From an uncultured Rivularia sp. (lineage in GTDB: Bacteria; Cyanobacteriota; Cyanobacteriia; Cyanobacteriales; Nostocaceae), in assembly GCA_963665115.1 (NCBI GenBank), contig OY762007.1:4736001-4800000 (forward strand): DNA of 64,000 nucleotides, given 5' to 3'. Positions 9,939-20,127 of the stretch are shown here, piece by piece. The notes below the pieces were generated by a model. That model had not been told where the DNA came from. It did no database searches and worked only from the letters and a program-made list of their open reading frames with translations. Position 1 is the stretch's first letter; every line of letters starts with the position of its first letter. Made by a program: the position numbers and the translations under genes.

Positions 9939-10325
9939 CTAATTTTGCTTTGATTTTAAATACTGACGCAAACTAAACAAACTTGCTGTTTGACCTAAAG
10001 AAAGCGGTAAAAGAGATATTCCTTCTAAACGAGACTGCACCCAACCTTCTCCCCAATACCACTCATGGAAGCCGTCAATTCCCTGACTCAGTAGTAAACG
10101 CAAGCTGTTAGAAGAAGCTACTTCTACTTGGCTTAGAATTGTAATAGGTCCGATATGGGTGGTAAACTCAAATCCAGAATCTAGTTGTTCTGGCATTCCA
10201 GTAGGAAATTTACCGCTAGGCAACCATTTTCCTAACTGCATTGGATGCAACAGGCTTTCACCGATTGCTTGCTGGGATGCATCTACTTCTATCCGCAGTT
10301 GACTTGTTTGAAAATTACCGAGCAT
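9939..10325 (-). CDS. Conserved cyanobacterial hypothetical protein
   Basis: 128-aa ORF with LLSQGIDGFHEWYWGEGWVQSRLEG motif. Confidence 0.7.
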   Translation of the reverse strand: MLGNFQTSQLRIEVDASQQAIGESLLHPMQLGKWLPSGKFPTGMPEQLDSGFEFTTHIGPITILSQVEVASSNSLRLLLSQGIDGFHEWYWGEGWVQSRLEGISLLPLSLGQTASLFSLRQYLKSKQN

Positions 10326-10598
10326 TTTTCGTTCCTCCGAGTTCAGCAGTTATTCTCTGAAGGGGAAACCTCAAGATACTGCTTCAACTTAATTATTTGA
10401 ATTATTAATATAGTATGGCAAATACAAGCATATCTCGGCGCAAAAACTTAGTTAATGCTTTGATATTGAAAAAAATTACGCTTGACGAAATAGAGTTTTA
10501 TTTTGTGTTTGATGAGCGTTTCGATAATATCCCATCTTCAGAAAATAAACATCTTACAATATAGAAAGTTTGTATATTAAGAAGTGTAAGGTTGATTA

Positions 10599-11504
10599 AT
10601 GGCGGATCAATTAATTCGCGCCACAGCAGCGGACGGTGGAATTCGTGCAGTAGGTGCTATTACTACAAAGTTGACCTCTGTTGCCCGAGAACGTCACAAA
10701 CTTTCCTATGTGGCGACAGCGGCTTTAGGTCGGACAATGACGGCAGGCTTGTTAATGGCTTCTAGCATGAAGCGAGTCGGTTCAAGGGTTAACGTCCGAA
10801 TAAAAGGTGATGGTCCTTTGGGCGGTATTTTGGTTGATGCAGGATTAGATGGAACTGTACGCGGCTACGTCGGAAACCCTAATGTAGAATTGCCTCCTAA
10901 CCGATACGGTAAATTAGATGTTGGGGGTGCTGTTGGTAAAGGTTTTCTATATCTAGTTCGCGATGTTGGTTTTGGCTATCCTTATTCGAGTACCGTAGAA
11001 CTAGTTTCTGGGGAAGTGGGAGAGGATATAGCTCATTACTTAGTAAGTTCCGAGCAAACACCTTCGGCTATTGTTTTAGGTGTATTTGTAGGAGCGCAAG
11101 GAGTTACTGCATCAGGAGGTTTGCTAGTTCAAGTTTTACCTAAAGCCGCTAGAGATGAAGCTTTAGTAGAAATATTAGAATCGCGTGTATCAGCCCTTCA
11201 AGGATTTACACCTTTGTTGCAAGCCGGAAAAAATCTCACCGAAATCTTTCAAGATTTATTAGGAGACATGGGGCTGCATATTTTTCCGGAATCCCAAATT
11301 TTACGGTTTAATTGTGGCTGTTCTTTTGACAGAATGTTAGGAGCTTTAAAAATATTTGGGGAAACTGAACTGCAAGATATGATTGCTAAAGATAATGGTG
11401 CGGAAGCTAAATGTGAATTTTGTGGCGAGGTATACCAAGCCAGTAGCGACCAATTAGCCCAGCTAATTGCCGATCTGCAAGCTGAGTCTTCGGTTTCTCA
11501 ATAG
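10599..11504 (+). CDS. hslO: Hsp33 redox chaperone
   Basis: ALGRTMTA, GDGPLG, YLVSSEQTPS, Zn motif CGCS...CEFC. Confidence 0.95.
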   Translation: MADQLIRATAADGGIRAVGAITTKLTSVARERHKLSYVATAALGRTMTAGLLMASSMKRVGSRVNVRIKGDGPLGGILVDAGLDGTVRGYVGNPNVELPPNRYGKLDVGGAVGKGFLYLVRDVGFGYPYSSTVELVSGEVGEDIAHYLVSSEQTPSAIVLGVFVGAQGVTASGGLLVQVLPKAARDEALVEILESRVSALQGFTPLLQAGKNLTEIFQDLLGDMGLHIFPESQILRFNCGCSFDRMLGALKIFGETELQDMIAKDNGAEAKCEFCGEVYQASSDQLAQLIADLQAESSVSQ

Positions 11505-11662
11505 CCGTATAAAATAATACTGATAGAAGCTGTAAAGTAATGGTATCTATGGAGATATAATGCTGTAAAAATAGCTTTTTCTATTTAGATAAAATTGCTA
11601 TAGTAACAGCTTACCGCTTCCTCAAGTCAACAAACCCCTGTTAATATAATTTGGTGTGAGAG

Positions 11663-13759
11663 ATGGCAGAACGGGATATTCCAGATGGCTGGTCATCAGC
11701 TAGAAGAACTCAGTCAGATGAAATGGCTCGATTATTCAACACGGAACAATCCGCTAATCATAAGTATGGTGTCCCGGCAACTGGTTCTAGCTCTAAATCG
11801 GTGTCAAGTAAAAACAAAAGCAATTCAAAAAAATCGACTTTAAAAAGTCATTCAAAAGAAAATTTGCAGGCAAAGGGTAGTTCTAAAAAATTACCGCGCT
11901 GGCTTACAAGTTGGGTTTTATGGGCGTTTTTGCTCGCTTTCGTACCCGGTACGATCGGGTTCATGGCAATGGCGATTTTGCTAAAGTTGCCTACAGCACC
12001 CAACTGCCCTTCTATTTTCTGGCCCTTAGCTAGTGCCTCTGTACGGATACACTGCGCTCAGGTAGCGGCTTCCAAAGAAACGGTAAAAGATTTACTCGAA
12101 GCAATTGATTTAGTCAAGAAATTGCCTCCAAATCATCCATTGCGCTCTGAGATTGACCGTAATGTGGAAGATTGGTCCCGTAGTGTATTGCAGCTCGCCG
12201 ACGAGAGTTTCCAAGCAGGTAGATTAGAGGAAGCGATTGAAATTGCTCGCAAGCTACCTGAAGATGTTTCTGCTTTTAAATTAGTCGAAGATCAAATTGA
12301 CAGTTGGAAATTAATTTGGGCAAAGGCTCAGGATATTTATAAGGAAGCAGAAGGTGAAATGCGCGAGCAGCGCTGGCAATCGGCTTTCATGCGTTCGGCA
12401 AAGTTGCTACGTTTAAATAATAGATTTTGGGCTAGTACGAAGTACGAAGAGTTAAATAACCTGATTATTGGGGCCAGAGAAGATGGCGAGAAGTTAGCAG
12501 AAGCTGAAAGTTTATCAAAGAGTAAAAATGTAGATAAAATACTCAAAGGGATTAAGCTGGCGCAATCGATCGGAAAAAATAGCTACGTTTATCAGAAAGC
12601 TCAAGAAGCAATTCCAGATTTTGGACTGAAGATGCTGGAATTAGCTGAAAACAAATTGGAGCAAAGGGATGCAGATGAAGCTATATACATTGCTCAAAAA
12701 ATTCCACCAATTTCTTCAATAGAACCGGAAACTACAGATTTTATATATTTAGCTGAAGCGCAAAGAAACGCTTGGACGGGGACAATTTCCGGTTTAGAAG
12801 CCGCAGTTGCTTCCGCACAGCAAATTGATTCCAATCGACCAATTTATCAAAAAGCGCAAAAACTGATTGCTAGTTGGCAATTAGAAATAGAGGACGTGTC
12901 TCGTTTAGAAAGAGCGCGAACCCTTGCTTCTCAAGGTTCGATCGGCGATTTATCCGCAGCGATCGCCGAAGCAAAAATGATTCCGAAAAACAATCCCCGC
13001 GCTAAAGAAGCCAGAAAAGAAATTAATTCCTGGGCTTCTCAAGTACAGACAATTGAAGACAGACCATATTTAGAACGTGCCGAAGAACTTGCACTATTTG
13101 GTGATACTTCTTCCTTAAAAGCTGCGATCGCCGAAGCAAGTAGAATTCGTCGCGGACGTTCTTTGTATAGAGAAGCACGGAAAAAGATCGCCGCTTGGAG
13201 CGCTAAGGTGCAGAGAGTAGAAGACCAGCCTTATTTAGACCAAGCACGCTCGTTAGCAAATAGCGGAGACTTGAGTGCAGCAATTAGCACCGCAAAACAG
13301 ATTAGATCGGGAAGAGTACTGTCGCGACAAGCTCAAAGAGACATTAATGAGTGGCAAGCTGAAGTCTCTGCTACAAACAATTGGAGGAAAGCGCGAGAAG
13401 TCGCATTAGGTGGAACTCCAAATGCCTTGTCGCAAGCAATTAGGTTAGCTCGGCGAGTACCTAGAGGTACTGGGTTTCGTTCCGATGCTAGGGTTGCAAT
13501 GGATCAATGGAGTCAGCAGTTATTTGATATTGCTCGTACTCAAAGTCAATCCGATATTGTTCGCGCCATTGAAACAGCTAAATTGGTTCCTAGAGGTACT
13601 CAAGCTTACAGTTCAGCGCAGCAGCAAATTGGTACCTGGCGCGATTATCTCAATCCCCCCGAACCAGAGCCAGAGCCGGAACCAGAGCCAGAACCACAAC
13701 CACAGGTAGTTGAGCCATCAGCCCCCGAACCTCTACCAATAACTGGTAATACTTTGTAA
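11663..13759 (+). CDS. Conserved cyanobacterial membrane-anchored helical-repeat protein with (PE)n tail
   Basis: TM segment, LPTAPNCPSIFWPLASAS motif, repeated helical units, C-terminal PEPEPEPEPEP. Confidence 0.75.
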   Translation: MAERDIPDGWSSARRTQSDEMARLFNTEQSANHKYGVPATGSSSKSVSSKNKSNSKKSTLKSHSKENLQAKGSSKKLPRWLTSWVLWAFLLAFVPGTIGFMAMAILLKLPTAPNCPSIFWPLASASVRIHCAQVAASKETVKDLLEAIDLVKKLPPNHPLRSEIDRNVEDWSRSVLQLADESFQAGRLEEAIEIARKLPEDVSAFKLVEDQIDSWKLIWAKAQDIYKEAEGEMREQRWQSAFMRSAKLLRLNNRFWASTKYEELNNLIIGAREDGEKLAEAESLSKSKNVDKILKGIKLAQSIGKNSYVYQKAQEAIPDFGLKMLELAENKLEQRDADEAIYIAQKIPPISSIEPETTDFIYLAEAQRNAWTGTISGLEAAVASAQQIDSNRPIYQKAQKLIASWQLEIEDVSRLERARTLASQGSIGDLSAAIAEAKMIPKNNPRAKEARKEINSWASQVQTIEDRPYLERAEELALFGDTSSLKAAIAEASRIRRGRSLYREARKKIAAWSAKVQRVEDQPYLDQARSLANSGDLSAAISTAKQIRSGRVLSRQAQRDINEWQAEVSATNNWRKAREVALGGTPNALSQAIRLARRVPRGTGFRSDARVAMDQWSQQLFDIARTQSQSDIVRAIETAKLVPRGTQAYSSAQQQIGTWRDYLNPPEPEPEPEPEPEPQPQVVEPSAPEPLPITGNTL

Positions 13760-13857
13760 TCAGTTATCAATTATCAGTTAACAGTTATCAGGTAGGAATG
13801 ATTTTTTTGTAGAAGATTAGAAAATATTTCTTTTACTGCTTATTACAATTACAGGTG

Positions 13858-13884
13858 AAGCCCTCTTTTTTAGAGGGTTTTTTT
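13858..13884 (+). terminator. Intrinsic terminator
   Basis: aagccctct-ttttt-agagggttt followed by a T run, about 100 nt after the upstream stop. Confidence 0.65.
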
Positions 13885-13898
13885 GTATTTACAGCAAC

Positions 13899-14115
13899 TA
13901 AGCTGCTGCACATCTAATTTTTATCGAGACTTTTGGGTCAAAAACCCCACCGTCTATACGGTGCTAGTAATTGGTTGGGGCTAAAAACCCCATTCAATTA
14001 CCTCTCCCTCCCTCACTCCCTCACTCCCTCACTCTTTATTATCGTAGCGGGCAAGATGCCTGCACTACAAAACTTTCAAAAATTCCAATATACAAATTAA
14101 AAGATTTTTAGCTTA
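13899..14115. mobile_element. Degenerate MITE-like element with internal REP hairpin and (CACTCCC)n
   Basis: taagctgctgcacatctaattt ... aaattaaaagatttttagctta ends; gtagcgggcaagatgcctgcactac inside. Confidence 0.4.
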
Positions 14116-14213
14116 CCAAAATGGTTATTTTTCAAGAACAAGCATTTTGATAATTGATAATTGATAACTGATAACTGTATGTCCCTTTCGGGACACGCTT
14201 CGCTAACACTGTT

Positions 14214-15714
14214 CTAACTGTCAATCTGCCTTACAACTGTCAAGGCTGAATAACTTACTCCCGCAGTACCTTCACCCGGATGTGTTGAATCACCTACCAA
14301 CCATAAATTATCTATTGGTGTACGATTGGCAAAACCAAAAGGACCGAAAGTTGGGACTCTTTGCCCTATACCGCCGACAATTCCTTTATCTCTAGCGGTA
14401 AAAGTGTAAAAAGTACGCGGTGTTGCTGCTTCTACATGAATGATAGTTTCTGGTTTTAAGTAGAAAAATTTGCTCAGATTTGTCAAAGCTTCTTGCGTAA
14501 ACTGCTGTTTTAAATCATCGTAAGTTTCTGCATCCCACCACTTGTCTGCATCTACAAAAGAAGAAGCAATAATTGTTGCCTTTCCCGCAGGGGCACGCCC
14601 ATCATGAGGACGACTTACTGAAACAAATAAAGAATTATTTTCGCCAATTGGGCCATTTACATCGTAGAGAAACTGGAGGTGTGGCGGACATTCGGGAGGA
14701 ATCGCACTTTCATCAACGCCTAAATAAATTACAAATGCACCGGATGAAGGAGGTAACTTTTCAACTCGCTTTTTGTAACCTTTAGGAGCTTTTTCTCCCA
14801 ACAACTGCATCAAGTTTTGAACTGTGACATTAGCAACTACATGGTTCGTAGATTCAGTCCAAGTCTCACCAGTTTTCTGGTTACGAATGGTAACAGCGCT
14901 AACTCGATTATTCTCTACCTCGATCTGTTCTACCGTATGACGCATTAATAATTTACCGCCATCTCTTTGCAAAGATTCTACAAGGCGATCGCTCAATACC
15001 TGCATACTTGCTTCGAGATGGTACAATCCTTGCGGTTCTTGAGATACGCTCAATGCAGTTGCCGCATAAAGTAACGCTGTTTCCTCTGCATTCACCTGGG
15101 AATACAGCTTTAATTGTAAATCTAAAAACGTTCGCAAACGATGGTTTTTACCTTGTCCGGTAAAGCGTAAAGCATCGCCAACCGTAGATAAAGTATAGGG
15201 AACCGTTACCAAAGTATCCGGACGCACCGCTGTAGTTAGCTGTAGTAAATCCCACCAGTTACGCGGTGGTAATACGGGGGTCGCGGGCTTGAAATTTCCA
15301 GCTTGCTTTGAATAAAGTTGATAGTAAATTCCAAAAAGGTTCGCTACCGGGAAACTGTCTTAAACGTTCTTCCTGCCACTTCTCTGGGTTACGCCAAACG
15401 TTGATAGGAGTAGTTTCTCCGGGTAAGTATACCGCACAAGCAGGGTCGCAAGGTGTAGCTCGTGGTAGTTCTATTTCTAACTCAGAAAAAATTCGATGAT
15501 GAATTCCTCCTGGCTCCAAACCTGCTACCTGAGTAGCACCGACATCAAAAGTAAAACCTTTGCGTTTGAAAGTGGAAGCACAACCTCCCGGCACGAGAGC
15601 TTGGTCTAAAATTAATACTTCGTAATTTCTATTTGCAAGTAAAGCGCCAGCAGTAAGCCCGCCAATCCCAGCCCCGACAACAACTGCACGGGATTTCCCC
15701 TTCCCATTTAACAT
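14214..15714 (-). CDS. crtD: Carotenoid C-3',4' desaturase, split by a +1 frameshift at 15276-15280 (probably an artefact)
   Basis: GAGIGG FAD motif, FDVGATQVAGLEPGGIH, C-terminal GDSTHPGEGTAGVSYSA; removing one base restores ARDPVLPPRNWWDL. Confidence 0.85.
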
Positions 15715-15830
15715 TGATATTTTGTTTATGTTTCTTAATATATATTTATTATTTTATAACTTTCGGGGTGTTGTGGGGGATTTGGGGATAAGTAGAGGCT
15801 GTATAATTTTGGGTTATTCCGCGATATTTT

Positions 15831-15858
15831 GGAGACGTAGCAATGCTACGTCTCTACA
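15831..15858. repeat. REP-like palindrome (same family as the core of the MITE at 3333-3434)
   Basis: agacgtagca-a-tgctacgtct overlapping the Uma2 gene stop. Confidence 0.6.
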
Positions 15859-16415
15859 CGCATCTTCAACCAATCGAAGACTTGCTGTGCTGTTAATTCA
15901 AGATCGATACCATCCAAGACAGTTAATTTATCGCTACCTTGAAATAATTTTGGTTGTTGATTGGGTAGAAAAACTAAAATAGATTTATCATCGGGATCGA
16001 CTAACCATCCAAGTTGACAACCGTGGCTGAGGCAATGAAGAATATTCCCTGTAACTCTGTTAGAACTTTGTTCTGGGGAAAGAATTTCTATAGTCCAATC
16101 TGGAGCAACAAGCACATCATCTACAGGTTCTCCTTCTTCATCTAATTCAATTTGATTCCAGCGAAGAATTGCCACGTCGGGAACAATCGAACGTCCTCCA
16201 AAAGTGCATCGCAATTCAGGAAATGCATAAGCTATCTGTTTTTCTTCAGTAACATGATTAATTTTAGTAGTAAATTTTGCCTGAAGTCTGGAGTGGCGAG
16301 TTTTGGGCATAGGTTTTTGAATAATTTCACCGTTAATATATTCTCTAACGGGTTTGGTTTCTGGAGAATTGAGAAATTCTTCTAAAGTTAAAGGCTTTGA
16401 AAATGTCTTTACCAC
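15846..16415 (-). CDS. Uma2-family (DUF820) endonuclease
   Basis: EYINGEIIQKPMP, PELRCTFGGRSIVPDV, APDWTIEILSP, GWLVDP. Confidence 0.9.
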   Translation of the reverse strand: MVKTFSKPLTLEEFLNSPETKPVREYINGEIIQKPMPKTRHSRLQAKFTTKINHVTEEKQIAYAFPELRCTFGGRSIVPDVAILRWNQIELDEEGEPVDDVLVAPDWTIEILSPEQSSNRVTGNILHCLSHGCQLGWLVDPDDKSILVFLPNQQPKLFQGSDKLTVLDGIDLELTAQQVFDWLKMRVET

Positions 16416-16621
16416 TGAAAGTTGCTTCCGATAAAGAAAATTAGATAATTATTATTATAGTATTTTAAACATTCTTTTATTGTTCGTAAATGTAAATAAA
16501 AGTATTGAAAGCTATAGAATAAATAAAGCGGGCAATTATACCCGCATTAATATAAATAACTAAATTAAACATTTAAGATGCTTCCTCAAAGTAATTTGCA
16601 ACCCAATTAAAAACAGCATGA

Positions 16622-17260
16622 TTAATCTTTATATGGACAAATACTATCGCTTTTATTTAGTTGTGTTACAACACAGCCAGCGTATTTTACTGCTGTCTTG
16701 TTCGATGTGGTATAAACCAGCAATGCTTCTGAATCCTGAAAATTTGTATGTTTAATCAATAAATTACCATCTATAAATCCGATACTTTTAATTTTTCCCA
16801 GAGGGTATGTAGAAAATCTATTATTAATTTGCCTTTTTCCGGGAACTGCTACGCGGTGAATCAGATAATTATTCCAATTGGGTTGGGGCTGAAGGATAAA
16901 TGCTGCACTTATATTTTGTTTAAAACAATCTTGCAATAATACTCCAACAGCTAAATTACCAGTTTTATTGTCTATTTTTATTGCTTCGGGAGAGAATTTT
17001 TTACCGGATAAAGTTCGGCGTTCAACTAGTTTTCCTTCACAAGTTAACGAGTCTAATACTCTGACTTTTAAACTATTAGCTTGAATGGTTTTAATTATTT
17101 TTCCATCGTAAATTCTTAGTTTGGTTCCATTTCCGACAACACGCACTGTTAGAAGGCTGCGATTTTCGATTTTTATGGGAGTAGGTTGAATTAGTTGAGC
17201 AGTAGCTGAAGTTGCTAGCGATAGACTTGCAATAGTCGTAAGAATAGGTAAAAATTTCAT
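16622..17260 (-). CDS. Secreted hypothetical protein
   Basis: Signal peptide MKFLPILTTIASLSLATSATA; 212-aa ORF with four Cys. Confidence 0.65.
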   Translation of the reverse strand: MKFLPILTTIASLSLATSATAQLIQPTPIKIENRSLLTVRVVGNGTKLRIYDGKIIKTIQANSLKVRVLDSLTCEGKLVERRTLSGKKFSPEAIKIDNKTGNLAVGVLLQDCFKQNISAAFILQPQPNWNNYLIHRVAVPGKRQINNRFSTYPLGKIKSIGFIDGNLLIKHTNFQDSEALLVYTTSNKTAVKYAGCVVTQLNKSDSICPYKD

Positions 17261-17695
17261 TTATATTTTGGTTTAATCATTAAGTGATGGAGATAGCTAC
17301 CCTTAATAGAAACCAAATTCCAGATAGATCGCTTTGTCTAACTGTTTCTTCATAAAATATACTTCATTTGGTCAGCTAAATAATCAATTTAAAATTACTT
17401 TTACAGACTATTTAAAGAAAAGTTAAAACAACACTTAGTTAAACAAACGAAATTTATCTGTATAGGTTGGAAAACAGTAATTTCTCTGACAAAAGCAAAT
17501 GAAATAGATCGGGCGTAAGTCCTAAATTCTATTTTTGTATGGCAACTGACTTGAACTACGCCGTGACATTAGCATTGCTATATATGAGATTTAATCGAAA
17601 TTCCCCCTAAAAGCCCGCGATCGAGCATTATTTTCGGTAAATAAATAAGACCTAGTTATGATAAAGATGTAAGACGCTCCGATCGATAACTACAA

Positions 17696-18985
17696 ATGTC
17701 CTCAACTCTGCTAGAATTTCCTCGTCTAAATGCGCCGAAGCTACGACAATTACCCAATGGGTTGACGATAGTTGTAGAGCAAATGCCAGTAGAAGCTGTT
17801 AACCTAAATTTATGGATTGACGTGGGTTCAACAGCCGAAAGTGATGCTATTAACGGGATGGCTCACTTTTTGGAACATATGATTTTCAAAGGAACCAAGC
17901 GACTGGCAAGCGGAGAGTTTGAACGTAGAATTGAAGAACGTGGTGCGGTGACGAATGCCGCGACTAGCCAAGACTATACTCATTATTACGTAACTGCGGC
18001 TCCCAAGGATTTTGCAAAACTTGCACCATTACAAATCGATATAGTAATGAATGCTGGTATTCCCGATGATGCTTTTGAACGGGAACGTATGGTGGTGCTT
18101 GAAGAAATTAGACGCAGCGATGATAACCCCCAACGCCGTACTTTTGCCAGTGCAATGGAAACTGCTTTTGAAAAATTACCATATCGCCGTCCGGTATTAG
18201 GGCCAGAAGCCGTAATTTCTCAACTTCAAGTAGAGCAAATGCGCTCTTTTCATGCTCAAAATTACCAACCAAAGTCTGTTACTGCGGTTGCTGTTGGTAA
18301 TTTACCTGAAGAAGAGTTGATTGAAATTATTGCAGAGGGGTTTGCTAATGTTGAAACGCGAAACTTAGGCAAAGTAGAAACCCAAGATATAAATTCTCTA
18401 CAATTAGAACCACCTTTCACAGAAATTGTTCGTAAAGAATCTGTTGACGAAAGCCTTCAGCAAGCAAGATTAATTATGCTGTGGCGAGTGCCTGGTTTGA
18501 TGCAGCTAAATCAAACTTATGCGCTGGACGTACTTTCAGCCATTTTAGGGCACGGGCGTACTTCTAGATTGTGGCGGGATTTAAGGGAAGAACGCGAACT
18601 GGTTAACTATATCTCTGTAAGCAATATGACCAATCAGCTACAGGGCACTTTTTTGATTGCTGCTCATTGTGAAGTAGAAAAATTAGCTGCTGTAGAACAA
18701 GCAATAGTTGAACACATACGTAAAGTTCAAACAGAAATAGAAGAATCAGAAATTACCCGAATTCGCAAACGTGTAGCCAATAGGTTTATTTTTGCCAACG
18801 AAAGACCTAGCGATCGCGCTAATTTATACGGCTACTATCAAACTTTAATCGGCGACTTAGAACCAGCCTTTGATTTCCCCCATCATATTCAGAGTCAGGA
18901 TAGAGATACTTTGATTGAAGCTGCTAGAACATATCTTTCCCCAGATGCTTATGGGGTAGTGGTGATGAAACCGAAAGAAAATTAG
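17696..18985 (+). CDS. M16-family (pitrilysin-like) zinc peptidase
   Basis: GMAHFLEHMIFKGT (HxxEH), NAATSQDYT, ERERMVVLEE. Confidence 0.92.
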   Translation: MSSTLLEFPRLNAPKLRQLPNGLTIVVEQMPVEAVNLNLWIDVGSTAESDAINGMAHFLEHMIFKGTKRLASGEFERRIEERGAVTNAATSQDYTHYYVTAAPKDFAKLAPLQIDIVMNAGIPDDAFERERMVVLEEIRRSDDNPQRRTFASAMETAFEKLPYRRPVLGPEAVISQLQVEQMRSFHAQNYQPKSVTAVAVGNLPEEELIEIIAEGFANVETRNLGKVETQDINSLQLEPPFTEIVRKESVDESLQQARLIMLWRVPGLMQLNQTYALDVLSAILGHGRTSRLWRDLREERELVNYISVSNMTNQLQGTFLIAAHCEVEKLAAVEQAIVEHIRKVQTEIEESEITRIRKRVANRFIFANERPSDRANLYGYYQTLIGDLEPAFDFPHHIQSQDRDTLIEAARTYLSPDAYGVVVMKPKEN

Positions 18986-19187
18986 GAGTTAGGAATTAGG
19001 AGTTACAAGTTATTCCTAATTTCTGATATTAATTTAGTAAAATTGGACGTGCCTTGATGTCCGTATCACAACACTTTTGATGAAATGTTGTGTTTAATTT
19101 GGTTGTAAAATACTTTAAATTCTCAACTTCTAATTACTAACTTTCAACTCATAACTCATAACTCCTAACTCTTAACTCTTTCTAAAA

Positions 19188-20057
19188 ATGTGGACTGAAA
19201 TTGATGCTCAAATTAGCCAAGCTACTGGGGAAAAATTCAAAACCCAGCAGCGGCGAAGTGTTTCTGGTGGGTGTATTAATCAAGGTTATTGTTTAAATGA
19301 TGGTGCGCGGACTTATTTTATGAAGTTAAATCAAGCTTCCCAAGTGGCGATGTTTGAAGCGGAAGCTTTGGGTTTAACACATATGTGCTATACAGATACC
19401 ATCCGCGTACCGGAACCTATTTGTTATGGTGTTGCGGGAAATTCCTGCTATATCGTTTTGGAATGGTTGGATATGGATAGGGGTGACAGTAAAGCTTACC
19501 AGGAGATGGGTAGGAAGTTAGGTCAAATGCATAAAGCATCTCTGAGCGAAACATTTGGCTGGAATATGAACAATACCATCGGTTCGACTCCACAAATTAA
19601 TACTCGCACTGATGATTGGGTAGAGTTTTGGACTAAACATCGTTTGGGATATCAGTTTGAATTAGCAAAGCGTCGTGGTGGTAGTTTTCCTCAAGCTGAT
19701 GATTTACTAAATGCCATTCCCGAGTTATTAGCAGGGCATGAAGTGCAGTCATCTTTGGTACATGGCGATCTATGGGGAGGGAATGCTGGATTTACTCACG
19801 AAGGGGAGCCAATAATTTTCGATCCGGCAACTTATTTCGGCGATAGGGAAGTTGATATTGCGATGACAGAAGTTTTTGGTGGTTTTCCGGCTGCTTTTTA
19901 TCAAGGTTATAACGAAGCGTTTCCGCTGGATGATGGGTATGAACGGCGGAAGACTTTGTATAATCTGTATCATATTTTGAATCATTTTAATTTGTTTGGT
20001 GGTGGGTATGGTTCTCAAGCGAATGGGATGATTGGGAGGATTTTGAGCAATAAATAA
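19188..20057 (+). CDS. Fructosamine kinase family protein
   Basis: GGCIN, MFEAEALGL, NTIGSTPQ, LVHGDLWGGN, FDPATYFGDREVD. Confidence 0.92.
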   Translation: MWTEIDAQISQATGEKFKTQQRRSVSGGCINQGYCLNDGARTYFMKLNQASQVAMFEAEALGLTHMCYTDTIRVPEPICYGVAGNSCYIVLEWLDMDRGDSKAYQEMGRKLGQMHKASLSETFGWNMNNTIGSTPQINTRTDDWVEFWTKHRLGYQFELAKRRGGSFPQADDLLNAIPELLAGHEVQSSLVHGDLWGGNAGFTHEGEPIIFDPATYFGDREVDIAMTEVFGGFPAAFYQGYNEAFPLDDGYERRKTLYNLYHILNHFNLFGGGYGSQANGMIGRILSNK

Positions 20058-20127
20058 TCCTCACCCTCCAAGGGTGGGGCTACAGGAGCGAAGCCCACCT
20101 GCGTGGGCTAAATTGTAATAAGAAGAT